Assembly (NCBI GenBank): GCA_001655205.1
Contig: LPNZ01011614.1
Location: 1-35,265 of the forward strand
Direction: 5' to 3'
From: Lenisia limosa
Lineage: Eukaryota > Protista > Breviatea
DNA: 35,265 nt
In this document: positions 1 through 11,993 of the stretch, piece after piece
Position numbering within the stretch: the first letter of the stretch is position 1
How the letters are laid out: each line of letters starts with the position of its first letter
The notes under the pieces: generated by a model
Seen by the model: the letters and a program-made list of their open reading frames with translations, nothing else
Database searches by the model: none
Told to the model about the DNA's origin: nothing
Made by a program: the position numbers and the translations under genes

Positions 1-82
1 AGGGTTTCCCTGTGGTCCGAAAAAGACCTGGAAAATATCGATATTTATCGAGGGTTTATCGAATTATTCAGTCTCGGACCCC
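1..82 (+). mobile_element. hAT-like MITE, subfamily A, at window edge, right end degenerate
   Basis: AGGGTTTCCCTGTGGTCCGAAAAAGACC..TATCGATATTTATCGAGGGTTTATCGAA..GTCTCGGACC closely matches the 14775 copy. Confidence 0.75.
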
Positions 83-135
83 AATACCCCATATCTAATC
101 CATCTCCCCAGCCCATATCTAATCCATCTCCCCAG

Positions 136-3100
136 CCTACATCCCTCTGCGACACACGTGACGATTACGTTGACGGCTGCGAAGGGATCACCTCTGACAA
201 GCCACGCTTCAACAGGAGGCCTATTGGTGGGGGGGGGGGTAATAGATCTTTGTGGGGTTGCTATTTTGAACTGTAGTCCTGTCTTCTAATTGGTTCTGCT
301 ACATACATTTACATACAGATACATATGATTATAGTGAAAACTGTGGACATGCATAAAACCGTGGACAAAAATGGGACTTTTCTTTCAATTTTGGGTAGTA
401 GTTTCCATATTTCACTTTGCTTCCAAATTATCGCACTAAATACTTATTTCTAATAAGTATCACACAACAACATGATAAGGGGTATCAAAAAATAAGCAAA
501 ATAACACCTTCATGATACTACAGTAATTCCTTCAAAATACATCAAAAACATGGACTATTGGTCAAGATCGCTCTTGTCATAACGCAAAGACGTTCTTGTA
601 TCAATAATTTTGAATTCCGCCATTCTCGGGTAAACTACGAGCATATAAAGAGAGAAATATTCAAAAATTGAGCAAAAATGAGCATAAAGTCAGCCAAAAA
701 CTATGCCAAAATATGATAGAAGATGCTAATAAATCAAACAAATTTGACACTCACTTTCTGTGCCTTTCCAAAACGATAACTGCCTTACTAATGCTGCATA
801 TAGCTACTTTTATTAGATGAGTATTTCTTCCACTGACTCCATTTTATAAGCTGAACATGGAAAATTCTTGAAAAAAAAACGTTACAGAAGTTTATTCAAA
901 TATCTCAAAACTAATACATTTTCTCCAAAAAAGGACTTCATATTCGAATTCTCCTGAAAAATCTGCGTTTCTGTAGTGGGGCACTTTAATAGGCCCAAAA
1001 TGCTATTATTCTGAAAGAGGGGGGTTTCAAACAATACTTTGGCGTAAAGGAAATTGGGTCACCCTGGGCGGGTTCGATTCTGATTAAAGTATCATTTTTT
1101 TTGATTTTTTTATTTCCTCTTTTTTCTCTTCTTGTTGGTCAAAATTGCCTTGTTTTGATGTTGTTGATAATCTTGAGCTCAAAACTGTCGATTTTCATAC
1201 TAAAAAGGGTCTTTTTGAAGCGATTTTATGTAATTTTTTGGGTTTGTCCACGGTTTTATGNNNNNNNNNNNNNNNNNNNNNNNNNNNNNNNNNNNNNNNN
1301 NNNNNNNNNNGGGATTTATCGATAAATGCTGTCTTTTTTGGGACCGTAGGGAAGCCCTTCTCATACACCATACTCCCTCCCTTTCCTCATATCTCCCCGG
1401 TCCCTTTCCTCATATCTCCCCGGTCCCTTTCCTCATANNNNNNNNNNNNNNNNNNNNNNNNNNNNNNNNNNNNNNNNNNNNNNNNNNNNNNNNNNNNNNN
1501 NNNNNNNNNNNNNNNNNNNNNNNNNNNNNNNNNNNNNNNNNNNNNNNNNNNNNNNNNNNNNNNNNNNNNNNNNNNNNNNNNNNNNNNNNNNNNNTCCCTT
1601 TCCTCATATCTCCCCGGTCCCTTTCCTCATATCTCCAGGTGAAACGGCCACACCGTGGAACGCCATTGCCGATACCGCCTCTTATTACCCTATCAACTAC
1701 CTTAGTCAGGATGCATGGAACTCCGATGGTCTTATGTACGGTGTGCATGGAGTATTATTTGGAACTCTTTTCTTTGCTGCAATGCATACAGTAACTGGGA
1801 TAAGTCTTGACCGATTTGCTCAATAATTTTCCATTGAAAATCTGTCAAGACTTATCCCGATCGCCTGTGCTAATATCTCCACCCAGAATTCGACAACCCT
1901 TACGACATCGCCTTCCCCTACCACATGGACAACCGCCTTCCAAATGTCGACCAACATGAGCTGTGAGGGAACCAATAACATGCTGTAGTACTACCTGTCA
2001 ACATAGCACCTAATTTGAGTCAGCATAGCACCTAATTTGAGCAGGTATGTTCCAGACAATGAGCTGAAGTACACGATCTTCGATGGTGATACTTACTACC
2101 AAAGTTACAGTACTTCAAAGTGGGGTGAAGTCATTCGTTCCTTATTTTCTTCCTTCCTTCCTTCCTTCCTTTCTTTCTTCTTCCTTCCTGCCCCTCTGTG
2201 TTTTTAATAGTTCAGAGTCAATCTTGGGATTCTTTTGATTTGTTTCATACCTCATCCCTGACGTTGGTTTCCAATATTCGTTCATCGAAATTTGGTCCCT
2301 TCACCACCCCTTCACCCCGCAGTTCACGCCCCGGTGCGGGCCTGGCATGGTGGTCGGACCAGCTGCAGAACAAGGACGGTTCCATTCTCATCGGCCAAAG
2401 TAACTCTCCCTCCATCGCCGTCGGCCAAGCCACTGCCAGTAACCTCAACCTGGACCAGGTGTCAACGTTGACTAACTTGCCTGCTGACCGATTGGCAGCA
2501 GCCAAGACTAATATCTATTCCTGCTTGTTCAACCAGAACAGACAGCAAACCACCTCGGTATGGCCGTCTTTGTCCAAATAAAGCTGGAATAGATGTGAGA
2601 TCTAAATGATTGGCCCAGAAAATCGCGATAATGGAACGAATGTCTTTTTTTGGGGGAAAGAGAGAGACCCTATAAATGATGCTGCGTAGACCAATCTTTG
2701 AACCCGTTTTGTGACCATTCAGACCTCTCGTGTGTCCTACCCTGACAATGTCTTCACCAACAACGTGTAAGCCCTTCCTTCCTCTCAGTACTTTCTATCA
2801 TCACACTGAATGTCCTTTTGATTCCATCCCCCCCCCCCAGTATTCCTGTGGACCCCNNNNNNNNNNNNNNNNNNNNNNNNNNNNNNNNNNNNNNNNNNNN
2901 NNNNNNNNNNNNNNNNNNNNNNNNNNNNNNNNNNNNNNNNNNNNNACAACGACCTCACGGCATACTCCTGTACCTCTGACCTCAACCTGGGTTCCTGTGG
3001 GTGGATACCTTTCTTCTTCATTCGAGCTGCTGCTTGGAGTATTCCAACGCTCAGGATGTTGGACTGTTTTTAGCGGACCGTTGTTATAGTTGTTTTCTCA

Positions 3101-6100
3101 TTTACCCTTTTATCCACTCACAATAGCCTCTCACCCTTGATAGCCGCAACGAAGCAGTGGACCCGTCACCAGAAGAAGGTGCCTGGGGGGGGGGGGGNNN
3201 NNNNNNNCTGAAAATGTAGATGATAGGATTGATGTGTGTGTCAACTCTGTCCAAAACAAAACACTGACCGTGTAGGTTGGAAGCTACCTGAACCTTTACT
3301 ACGCCCTTGCCCTCAGAGGAGGCTCGAAGGTTGGCTGCTGCCTTATGGGCTCATCTTGGAGGTTTCTAGCTGAAGCCAAAATCAAAACTGCTACGAAACC
3401 AGTATTCTTTTGACTATGAAAAGGGCGGTATCCTCTATACGTTAATATTCCAGCCGATGACGATGCTCCTGCCTCACCCCNNNNNNNNNNNNNNNNNNNN
3501 NNNNNNNNNNNNNNNNNNNNNNNNNNNNNNNNNNNNNNNNNNNNNNNNNNNNNNNNNNNNNNNNNNNNNNNNNNNNNNNNNNNNNNNNNNCGTGAAAATC
3601 GCACACAGTGTTGGACCCCGTGCCCCTTTCAAACACGAGGGCATGACAGCTATCCAGGAGGGTTCCTTATGTGGGGGGGATTGCCGGATTCGGAGATTAC
3701 ACCTTTTGTTCCTGTTTTCTCTTGATGGCTTTTTCTGAGAATTTCTTGGGGTTAATCCACACTGTTGGACCTGAATGGGACTATCATCGTATTTGGCTCA
3801 CCATGTAGTCAAGTACAAGAACCCAGCCACGGCCACTGGAGGATGCAACGGCATCACCAATGGACCCCACTACGTAACAGGAATTCGGCACGACACTACA
3901 ATCGAGGCCGAATGCCACCCTTATCAGGTCGAAACCATCAACGCCCTTCATGTCGGTGTATACACGTGCGAGGGGTCTGTTGTTCCAAACGAGTGGGTCC
4001 TTAGCCTCTGTTTACCCTGCTACAGAAGCGACTGGCCNNNNNNNNNNNNNNNNNNNNNNNNNNNNNNNNNNNNNNNNNNNNNNNNNNNNNNNNNNNNNNN
4101 NNNNNNNNNNNNNNNNNNNNNNNNNNNNNNNNNTCGAAATTACATCCCCTCTCCCGCCAGGATTGAGGATGAGCCTGAAATCGAACGGACCTGGGACACC
4201 TACCAGTTCACCCAAGATCACGGGTTGGGGGCTTTTAGTGTGTTTGAATCAGCACATCGATAACTACTTTATTAATAGGGCTTCCCTGCGGTCCAAAAAA
4301 GACCGGTCAAATATCGATAGTTATCGAGGATTCATCGAAGCCAATATTCACAGACCTTTCACTCCTCCCCCCAGCTACGGAGATTTCACACTTCGAATGA
4401 TGTCGGGAGAGTTGAGAACCAACTCTGGCGGACCGGGCAGCACCCTTGACTACAGGGTGGGGTGGCATCTGATTTGCATCACAGGGGGTGGATATATGAT
4501 ATTGTTATTGATAGAAACATCGGCAAACACCACCTCAACACATCCCATTGCACTGTTGAAAGACTGTTTGCCTACCATCTGACCCTATAGGTGGTGATCT
4601 TCAACAACGCCGGCTTCGACATGCACATGATCGGCCAGGCCATGGAGGGTGCCGAACTCAATGGAATGGTGAGGCCTTGTTGTTATTGGCCCTGTTGCCG
4701 CGATCTTCTTCGCAACTGTTTCGGATGCCCTTGTTTTATCAAACCTAACAAGGCAGGTGTTCCCACCCGGTGAGCATTTTGTGAACAACAAGCGTACTTG
4801 TCAAGTTCCCACTGCCTTCAAGTAAGCAACGGACCTTCTTATCCCTTTGTGGAGACTTCTTATCCCATTGTGGCGGCTGTATCATGGGGTGGACGGGTTT
4901 TAAGACAGGAAACATTTTCTGACACGCAGCTTCCTGAAGTGGACTATCCCGGCCGAGCTCGAGGGACACATTGACATCCATCCCTCCGACTACTACGCTC
5001 CGAAGCCGAAGCTTCTTTTCGAGAGAGGAGTGGGGGGTGGGACTATTAGGGATATTTCACTTCACGGGTTGGTTCACTTCACGGGTTGGTTCACTTCACG
5101 GGTTGGTTCACTTCACGGGTGGGTTCACGGGGTAGGGACTTGATTGAGTCGCTTTCCTCCAGCCTAATCCTTGCAGAACATCAACGTAGGAGTGATTGCT
5201 GACGGCGCCTCTGCCGAGTACTATCTTGAGGTATCATGGGGGCACTATCTTGAGGTACATATACTAATCCAAAAAAGCTAATATTGAACATAACTTTGCT
5301 TCACTCACCCCTCAGATTGATATTCTTGGCACCCTTCCCGACGACGTCCGCGGCCGCGTTTGGGATATTACTGTGGGCTTTATGGGATATTACTGTGGAC
5401 TTATATATGAGTTGTCTTTCGGGCTGGTTTTTTGTTTTTCTACGACCCCCCCCCCCCCNNNNNNNNNNNNNNNNNNNNNNNNNNNNNNNNNNNNNNNNNN
5501 NNNNNNNNNNNNNNNNNNNNNNNNNNNNNNNNNNNNNNNNNNNNNNNNNNNNNNNNNNGTTTTATTAGGCTTCTTTTGTTATGTTTTCAATCCCTTCACC
5601 CCAAAGTGCGAGCTGGTTCCGGAGTATTTCGAGAGCCTGCCCAAGCTCAACGACCCCACTCCCACCGGCTACCACACCTACGACTTCGCCTTCCCAAAGT
5701 GGGTATAGGCCTAACAATGGGGGTTCATAATTACAATACTAATGAGGGGAATTAATATATTCTCTGGAAATAGCAATAGGATATTGGCCAGTCTTGATTT
5801 GTAATGATGCCTTTTCTACGCTTTCAGCTTTTGGTCCTATATTTACGAATATAGAGCCAAGATTGGCTTCCCCTATGCTTCCGGCCACCCCCACGCCGGC
5901 AAGATTTATCATGTATACGGCCATGGCCAAATTACAAGTAAGTCACGTGATCTGAGACATTGATGACCTGTTTTCCTTAGTTATCCATCTTTTTATGTTG
6001 GGCATGTTTCCATTTCACTGTTACTTTCTGCGAAAACGCGTTCCTCTGTTAGATTACCCCTTTAGACATGGAAGTTCACTACCTCAAGGACAAGCATCTC

Positions 6101-9100
6101 CCCATTGCAGCCAAGCGCATTACCCTGGCTGAGCTTGAGCAGTGGGGGAGGGGGAGATTTGCTCCTGGCTTAGCGTTGTGTTTCTGACTTTATTTTTGTC
6201 TTTGATGTTGAATCCAATGAGTTGTTAAGCGCTTAGCAGCTCTCTTATTTTTAACATGTCCTTTCTGCCTTCCTCACCCCCCCCCCCCCCNNNNNNNNNN
6301 NNNNNNNNNNNNNNNNNNNNNNNNNNNNNNNNNNNNNNNNNNNNNNNNNNNNNNNNNNNNNNNNNNNNNNNNNNNNNNAAGGACTTTACTGAGTCGTGGT
6401 TCGCCAACATCACCACTCCTGGTAGGGTAAAGATAGTGATGAATAGATCTTCTCTATGGTCCCAAAATACACTGAATTTCTCGAGAAGTTCTCGATAAAT
6501 ATCTCTGATTGAGATATTCCGGTCTTTTTCGGACCGTAGGGAAGCCCAAGTGATGATAGTCAAGTTGCAGAGTCTGACGGAAATTGACCAAAAATCCCAT
6601 CGCCTCGCGGTTCCCTCTTCACTATAGTCTCATCAATATCTCTTTTAAACTTGATGATGTGGACGGCTTCGGTCAGATACTCCTACTACTCATTTCCCCA
6701 TCTCTTCTCACGCTGTAGAACTGGACTTCACCATTAGCGATGTTCCCGTGCCTAATTACAGCTACGTATGTGGAGGATTGAGTCAACGGAATTGAGGGCA
6801 AATAACTGCTTGAATTGATAGTAATAATAATGGACTTTCTCTCTAACCCTTCCAGCGCGGCCGTCTTCACGTCCACGTTGACCGCGAATATGGTACTGAT
6901 TTCCCCTTCAAGGTGCCCTATCCTGACGGTATGCTTAAGTCCTCTCCTTACTGCCCATTTGGGATTGCTCGCTACTCGATTTGGACTGTTACGCATCATC
7001 ATCGTCTAACCTCATAGGTCCTGACGAGGCTCTTGCGTACTTCGCTGTGCTCTACTACTCCAACTACCTTCCAACATACTCCAGTGTTCAGGTTAGTCTT
7101 ACGTCTGTCCTGGGTTGTTTGGACCAATACCAGAGGGGCCATAGTCATATATGATATATAGCTATACAAGTGTCAGCCTGTCCCCTAACTGTCCATTCAC
7201 TTTCCAGTCTTACCGAACGTACTTCGAATATGACAACCACTTTGGGACCGTAAGGGGGAGGCTTGGCATACTCGTCTTGGTGTTATGCTACAATACTGTC
7301 ACTTTACCTCCCCCCCCCCCNNNNNNNNNNNNNNNNNNNNNNNNNNNNNNNNNNNNNNNNNNNNNNNNNNNNNNNNNNNNNNNNNNNNNNNNNNNNNNNN
7401 NNNNNNNNNNNNNNNNNNNNNNNNNNNNNNNNNNNNNNNNNNNNNNNNNNNNNNNNNNNNNNNNNTCCTGTTTTCGGCGTTTCAATGCTCTCTCAGATCA
7501 CTGACGCTCTGGGGTCGCCCCTACCTCAAAATGTATGTGGTGCTTTGATATCAATTGAACAATTGATTTTGGGCTTTTTATTTCATAAATTTTCCAATCA
7601 CTCCCCCCCCCCCCCTTTCTCTCNNNNNNNNNNNNNNNNNNNNNNNNNNNNNNNNNNNNNNNNNNNNNNNNNNNNNNNNNNNNNNNNNNNNNNNNNNNNN
7701 NNNNNNNNNNNNNNNNNNNNNNNNNNNNNNNNNNNNNNNNGAGACGCCATCATTGTCAAAATCACGTGTACTGCCAGGTTTGTACCCCCGGAATAATTTT
7801 GTGGTTTGTGTTGTTTTCTTCAATCTCACTCCTTAGAAACAACGGAAACGGGGTGGCCTACAACACGGATCTTGCCTTCCTGTTGCCAATGGACATCACC
7901 CCGGTCGAGGAGCTGATCCAGTATNNNNNNNNNNNNNNNNNNNNNNNNNNNNNNNNNNNNNNNNNNNNNNNNNNNNNNNNNNNNNNNNNNNNNNNNNNNN
8001 NNNNNNNNNNNNNNNNNNNNNNNNNNNNNNNNNNNNNNNATACAATCCTCCGCTGAGAATGCATCCCTTTGTCCCTTGCTTCCTTTTTATCGCTGTTTTT
8101 CTGTCCTCCTTATCCCTTGCTTCCAGGGTACCATTGATCACGCTTTAGGACAAACTCAGTGACGGCAAGGCTGTCAAGAGAGTCGTGCTACACACTGAGC
8201 ATAAGGTTGGGGTATGATTGTCAGGTTACCACTGATTCACCAAACCCTAATAGTATAATTCTCTTCCTGTCTTGTTTACCCCCCACCCGTACCGTGATAT
8301 ACAGCTACCTCGTCACCCCCCCCCCCAGGTCAACCCCGGANNNNNNNNNNNNNNNNNNNNNNNNNNNNNNNNNNNNNNNNNNNNNNNNNNNNNNNNNNNN
8401 NNNNNNNNNNNNNNNNNNNNNNNNNNNNNNNNNNNNNNNNNNNNNNNNNNNNNNNNNNNNNNNNNNNNNNNNNNNNNNNNNNNNNNNNNNNNNNNNTGTC
8501 CGTGGTCCCGTCTTCCGAGCTCCAGGACGTGGGTCGCGGGGATAAGTCGAAATATCATAACGGGATGGGGGGGGGGGGATAAACTCTCTACTTCTCCTTT
8601 TTTGTTGTGGAACTGAACACAGTTAACACTTTGTCAACTGTTGCCAATCGTTTCATATATGCATCTTTCATCCCTTCCTCTCACTTGGTAGAATACGTAC
8701 ACGAGGAGCTACCCCACCATCTTCAGAAGAACCGTTGTGGTGGGCGAACCCTCTGGATTTTACCTTCTTTTTTGATGTTACGTTCATTTATTACGCCCCC
8801 CCCCCCGCATTATCCATTGCCATCACCCCTCAGGCTGGNNNNNNNNNNNNNNNNNNNNNNNNNNNNNNNNNNNNNNNNNNNNNNNNNNNNNNNNNNNNNN
8901 NNNNNNNNNNNNNNNNNNNNNNNNNNNNNNNNNNNACCTCACTGGCACTCCCAATGAGAGGCGAGTGTCACAGGTTATCGAAGAACCGGTTAAGAGTGGG
9001 AGGGGTATCTAGAGTCACAATTGCATATTGGCCCAATAAACAAGGCTGATTGAGGGTTCCAAGTCCGTTTACCCTGTTTTTACATTGCAGTTGAGTACTA

Positions 9101-11993
9101 CGAAAGAGACCTTGCCTCCATCGAACTGACCATCGAGGAAGTCGGCGGCACCATGCAGGACTTCGAGTGCGAGGGGTATAAGGACCACATATTATTGGGC
9201 TATATGGTTTTGATGTTTCGATATTAATCCTTGGTGATATTTCATGGATTCATGACCCGGTGTTACAAGCCCAACGATCTTGCTGAAACCCCCCCTTAAA
9301 AAATAGTTATGTGTATATGGTGTGTGATCTGTCCTTGGTTGTCCCCTCCTCTCACCAGTCCAGGGTTGAGCTGACATCTATTCCGGCCAACTTCCCGGAC
9401 ATCCCTGTCGAGGATATTGCCTTCAACTATTATAGAAGAAACACGGACTGTGACCGTATGGGGGAACGACAACGCACCTCCTCCAAAAATACAACAATAT
9501 ACCTCCTCCTTACCCCCTTTTTTGTTGTTTGGAGTTTCAGATTACTCGCTTCGTGATTAGTATCTTTACGCCAATGCTCTTCATTGAAATTTCCTTCGTT
9601 TTACCCCCCCCCCCCCNNNNNNNNNNNNNNNNNNNNNNNNNNNNNNNNNNNNNNNNNNNNNNNNNNNNNNNNNNNNNNNNNNNNNNNNNNNNNNNNNNNN
9701 NNNNNNNNNNNNNNNNNNCCCTTCCGGAGGAGAAAATAGTAGCCCAGGAATATCTCAGTGACACATCTATGAATAACGACATTCTGGTTCGCGGATGGGC
9801 CCTACCGCTGGTTTATTCATGTGATGCTTAAAATGCAACCATGCTTTATTCATGTGATGTTTAAATTGCAATAGCTTCAGTCTCTGCCTGATCATATTCA
9901 TCGTCAAACCTCCGCCCCCTTTCTCTGTCCATATGCTATACCCAAGCCACACGACTCTATCATCAAGTAACTGCACCCCCCCCCCCCAGGTGCATTACTA
10001 CGTCAACGCCACCTATCGCGCAAACGGAACGGTCATCGCTATTTCCAATGAAGTTCCCTATGAACACTCCCCTGATTGGTTCCTATTTGTCCTGGTATGT
10101 ACGGGTGTTGCTTCCATCAGAGCAGGTCAGTATTTCCAGCTGAAACCTCATAGTTAGAGCTTCACTTCGGTTCGAAAAATATCGGTAAAATATCGTGAGT
10201 TTTCGAGGATTTATCGCAAAATTCAGTCTTTTTTCGAACTGAAGTGAAGCGCTACTCATCTATAAACGCCTTTGTTTTGTTGTTTTCAACCGTGTGTACT
10301 TCTCAAATGCTTAGTCGTAGAGTTCATTCTCAAATGCTTTGTCGTAGAGTTCGTTCTCAAATGCTTCGTCGTAGAGTTCATTCTCAAATGCTTAGTTGTT
10401 GAGTTCACGTTCGTTCTCAAATGCTTCGTCGTAGAGTTTTTTATTTCCCAAAATTTCCCATTTTTACCCAGTGCCACTCCTATTCTTCATTGAAATTTCC
10501 TTCACTTTAGAAGCGACTGGCCTGGGCTTTGTTNNNNNNNNNNNNNNNNNNNNNNNGGCAGCCAACTGAGTTGATTTGGGTTATATTTTTTTCCCATTCC
10601 ACCTTTCACTCCCCCCCAGGCTGGTCTTGCCGGTGCGGGACTTTTAATCGGCGCTTTTGTGTTCTTCCTCCGCCGGCCTAAAACCACTGTGGGGGGGGGG
10701 GTAGTCATGATTGTGGTTTTTTCTACTGTAGACTTCCACGTGTTTCCGCATTTTTCTATACAGCTTACCTCTACAGCTGTTCTAATTTCCCAAGCAATAT
10801 ATTAACATGTCGTCACCCCTCCAGTACAAAAAGTCTCGTCTTGCGCAAGAAACCCCATCACGAGTGGAGAGAGGAATTGTGGTATGTGGGGGGGGGGGAT
10901 GTCACCAATATCCTGTTGGCTTTATGATTTCATATTATTGTATAATATTGTTGGTATTGTGTAGAATGTTATTATTGCCTTCACACCCCAGGTTGAAGAA
11001 ACGTTTGTTGAGATGAAGGAAGCTGAAGTTGAGGCTGCGGTTGAGGAGGATGACGGCGCTGGCAACTACAAACTTGGTGCGGGGAAGGGCGACTTCTGCA
11101 TTTCTAAATTGTTTTTTGCTTCATCGAAATTCCCTCTTACACCTCCCAGGAGATTACTTCCGAGGAGCTGGCGGTGGNNNNNNNNNNNNNNNNNNNNNNN
11201 NNNNNNNNNNNNNNNNNNNNNNNNNNNNNNNNNNNNNNNNNNNNNNNNNNNNNNNNNNNNNNNNNNNNNNNNNNNNNNNNNNNNNNNNNNNNNNNNNNNN
11301 NNNNNNNNNNNNNNNNNNNNNNNNNNNNNNNATATTACTTTAACACGAACTTCCCTGACCAAATCAGCACGTCGAACACACCGCACCGAGTAATGACGGG
11401 CCTTTATTCACCGGCAAGAAGACTGTTTCCGACCACAGCTCCAAATCGAGTGGAGTGTCCAAGCCTCCGCCTAACATCAAGTGAGCGTTGGTGCCTTGCT
11501 AGTGGCTGCCCCTTTTCGTGCGGGTAAGGTCTCACAGAACCTTACACTACAAACAGCGAAAAGAGGCAGAAAGACATAATACTCTTATTGTCATTCATTA
11601 AACAACGTTATCCTGAAATGTCATTACGGGGTATGGGGTATGATGGTCTTACATCATCCTCCCCCACCCCATACTGGAGTGTGCTGGGTTTGTTAGTTTT
11701 GTTGTTATCAACCCTCGTGTGTGTCAGCCAACGGAGTTGATTTAGGCTTTTGTTTCATAAATATCCAATTATACCACCCCCACACCCCAGCATCCGCATG
11801 CACAAGGACATGAACGGAGCGCAACGGATGTGGGCCAAACTCCGGCGATGCTGCGGCGGCGGCGACTCAAAGTGGGTTCTGAGGGGTGCCTGGTTCTAAG
11901 GGGTTGTTACCTGCAGCCTGCTTTTCTCTCCAATCGATATTTTGACTGTTCAGACCTGCGCCACGCCCGCAGCCAGCTAATGCAGCAATTTAA
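136..11993 (+). CDS. Large multi-exon type I single-pass membrane protein, 5'-partial, with a probable beta-sandwich/Ig-like ectodomain; function unknown
   Basis: Manually spliced GT-AG exons join in consistent phase: 136-226 PTSLCDTRDDYVDGCEGITSDKPRFNRRPI, 1639-1740 GETATPWNAIADTASYYPINYL.., then EFDNPYDIAFPY.., YGDFTLRMMSGEL.., VVIFNNAGFDMHMIGQ.., KHFLTRSFLKW.., NNGNGVAYNTDLAFLLP.., VHYYVNATYRANGTVIAISNEVPYEHSPDWFLFVL | AGLAGAGLLIGAFVFFLRRPKTT (TM plus basic stop-transfer), and tail ..AKLRRCCGGGDSKPAPRPQPANAAI-TAA (11991-11993). Exons are GC-richer and favour C-ending codons. Some exons lie in N gaps. Confidence 0.85.
332..1260. mobile_element. Probable ~0.95-kb non-autonomous DNA transposon in the first visible intron
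   Basis: Perfect 18-bp inverted repeat CATAAAACCGTGGACAAA (352-369) / TTTGTCCACGGTTTTATG (1243-1260) brackets AT-rich non-coding DNA; the right terminus runs into an N gap. Confidence 0.6.
1311..1359 (+). mobile_element. hAT-like MITE, subfamily A, right half (left half in N gap)
   Basis: GGGATTTATCGATAAATGCTGTCTTTTTTGGGACCGTAGGGAAGCCCT matches the subfamily A right TIR. Confidence 0.75.
1378..1638 (+). repeat. 23-bp minisatellite (CCCTTTCCTCATATCTCCCCGGT)n ending at a 3' splice site
   Basis: Units are visible on both sides of the 1438-1594 gap; the last unit reads ..ATATCTCCAG. Confidence 0.85.
4276..4342 (+). mobile_element. hAT-like MITE, subfamily A, 3'-truncated
   Basis: TAGGGCTTCCCTGCGGTCCAAAAAAGACCGG followed by three TCGA motifs; right TIR missing. 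Confidence 0.75.
5056..5129 (+). repeat. 17-bp tandem repeat (TTCACTTCACGGGTTGG) x4
   Basis: Directly visible; intronic in gene 1. Confidence 0.9.
6444..6549 (-). mobile_element. ~100-bp hAT-like MITE, subfamily A, full length
   Basis: Ends TAGATCTTCTCTATGGTCCCAAAA ... TTTTTCGGACCGTAGGGAAGCCCAA; 8-bp TSD GTGATGAA/GTGATGAT (7/8); intronic in gene 1. Confidence 0.85.
10155..10254 (+). mobile_element. ~100-bp hAT-like MITE, subfamily B, full length
   Basis: TIRs TAGAGCTTCACTTCGGTTCGAAAAA / TTTTTTCGAACTGAAGTGAAGCGCTA; degenerate TSD CTCATAGT/CTCATCTA (5/8); lies in the intron that splits the TM helix of gene 1. Confidence 0.85.
10300..10438 (+). repeat. ~27-bp tandem repeat (TTCTCAAATGCTTMGTCGTAGAGTTCR) x5
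   Basis: Directly visible; intronic, 45 bp after a MITE. Confidence 0.9.

Noticed and set aside
1066-1085. tRNA T-loop/B-box-like GGTTCGATTC
   Set aside because: The flanks do not form a T-stem or cloverleaf.
10300-10438. Tandem repeats as a CRISPR array
   Set aside because: There are no unique spacers and no cas genes, and the context is a eukaryotic intron.
10272-10493. ORFs with repeated peptides (CFVVEFILK / STTKHLRMN)
   Set aside because: They are translations of an intronic 27-bp tandem repeat.
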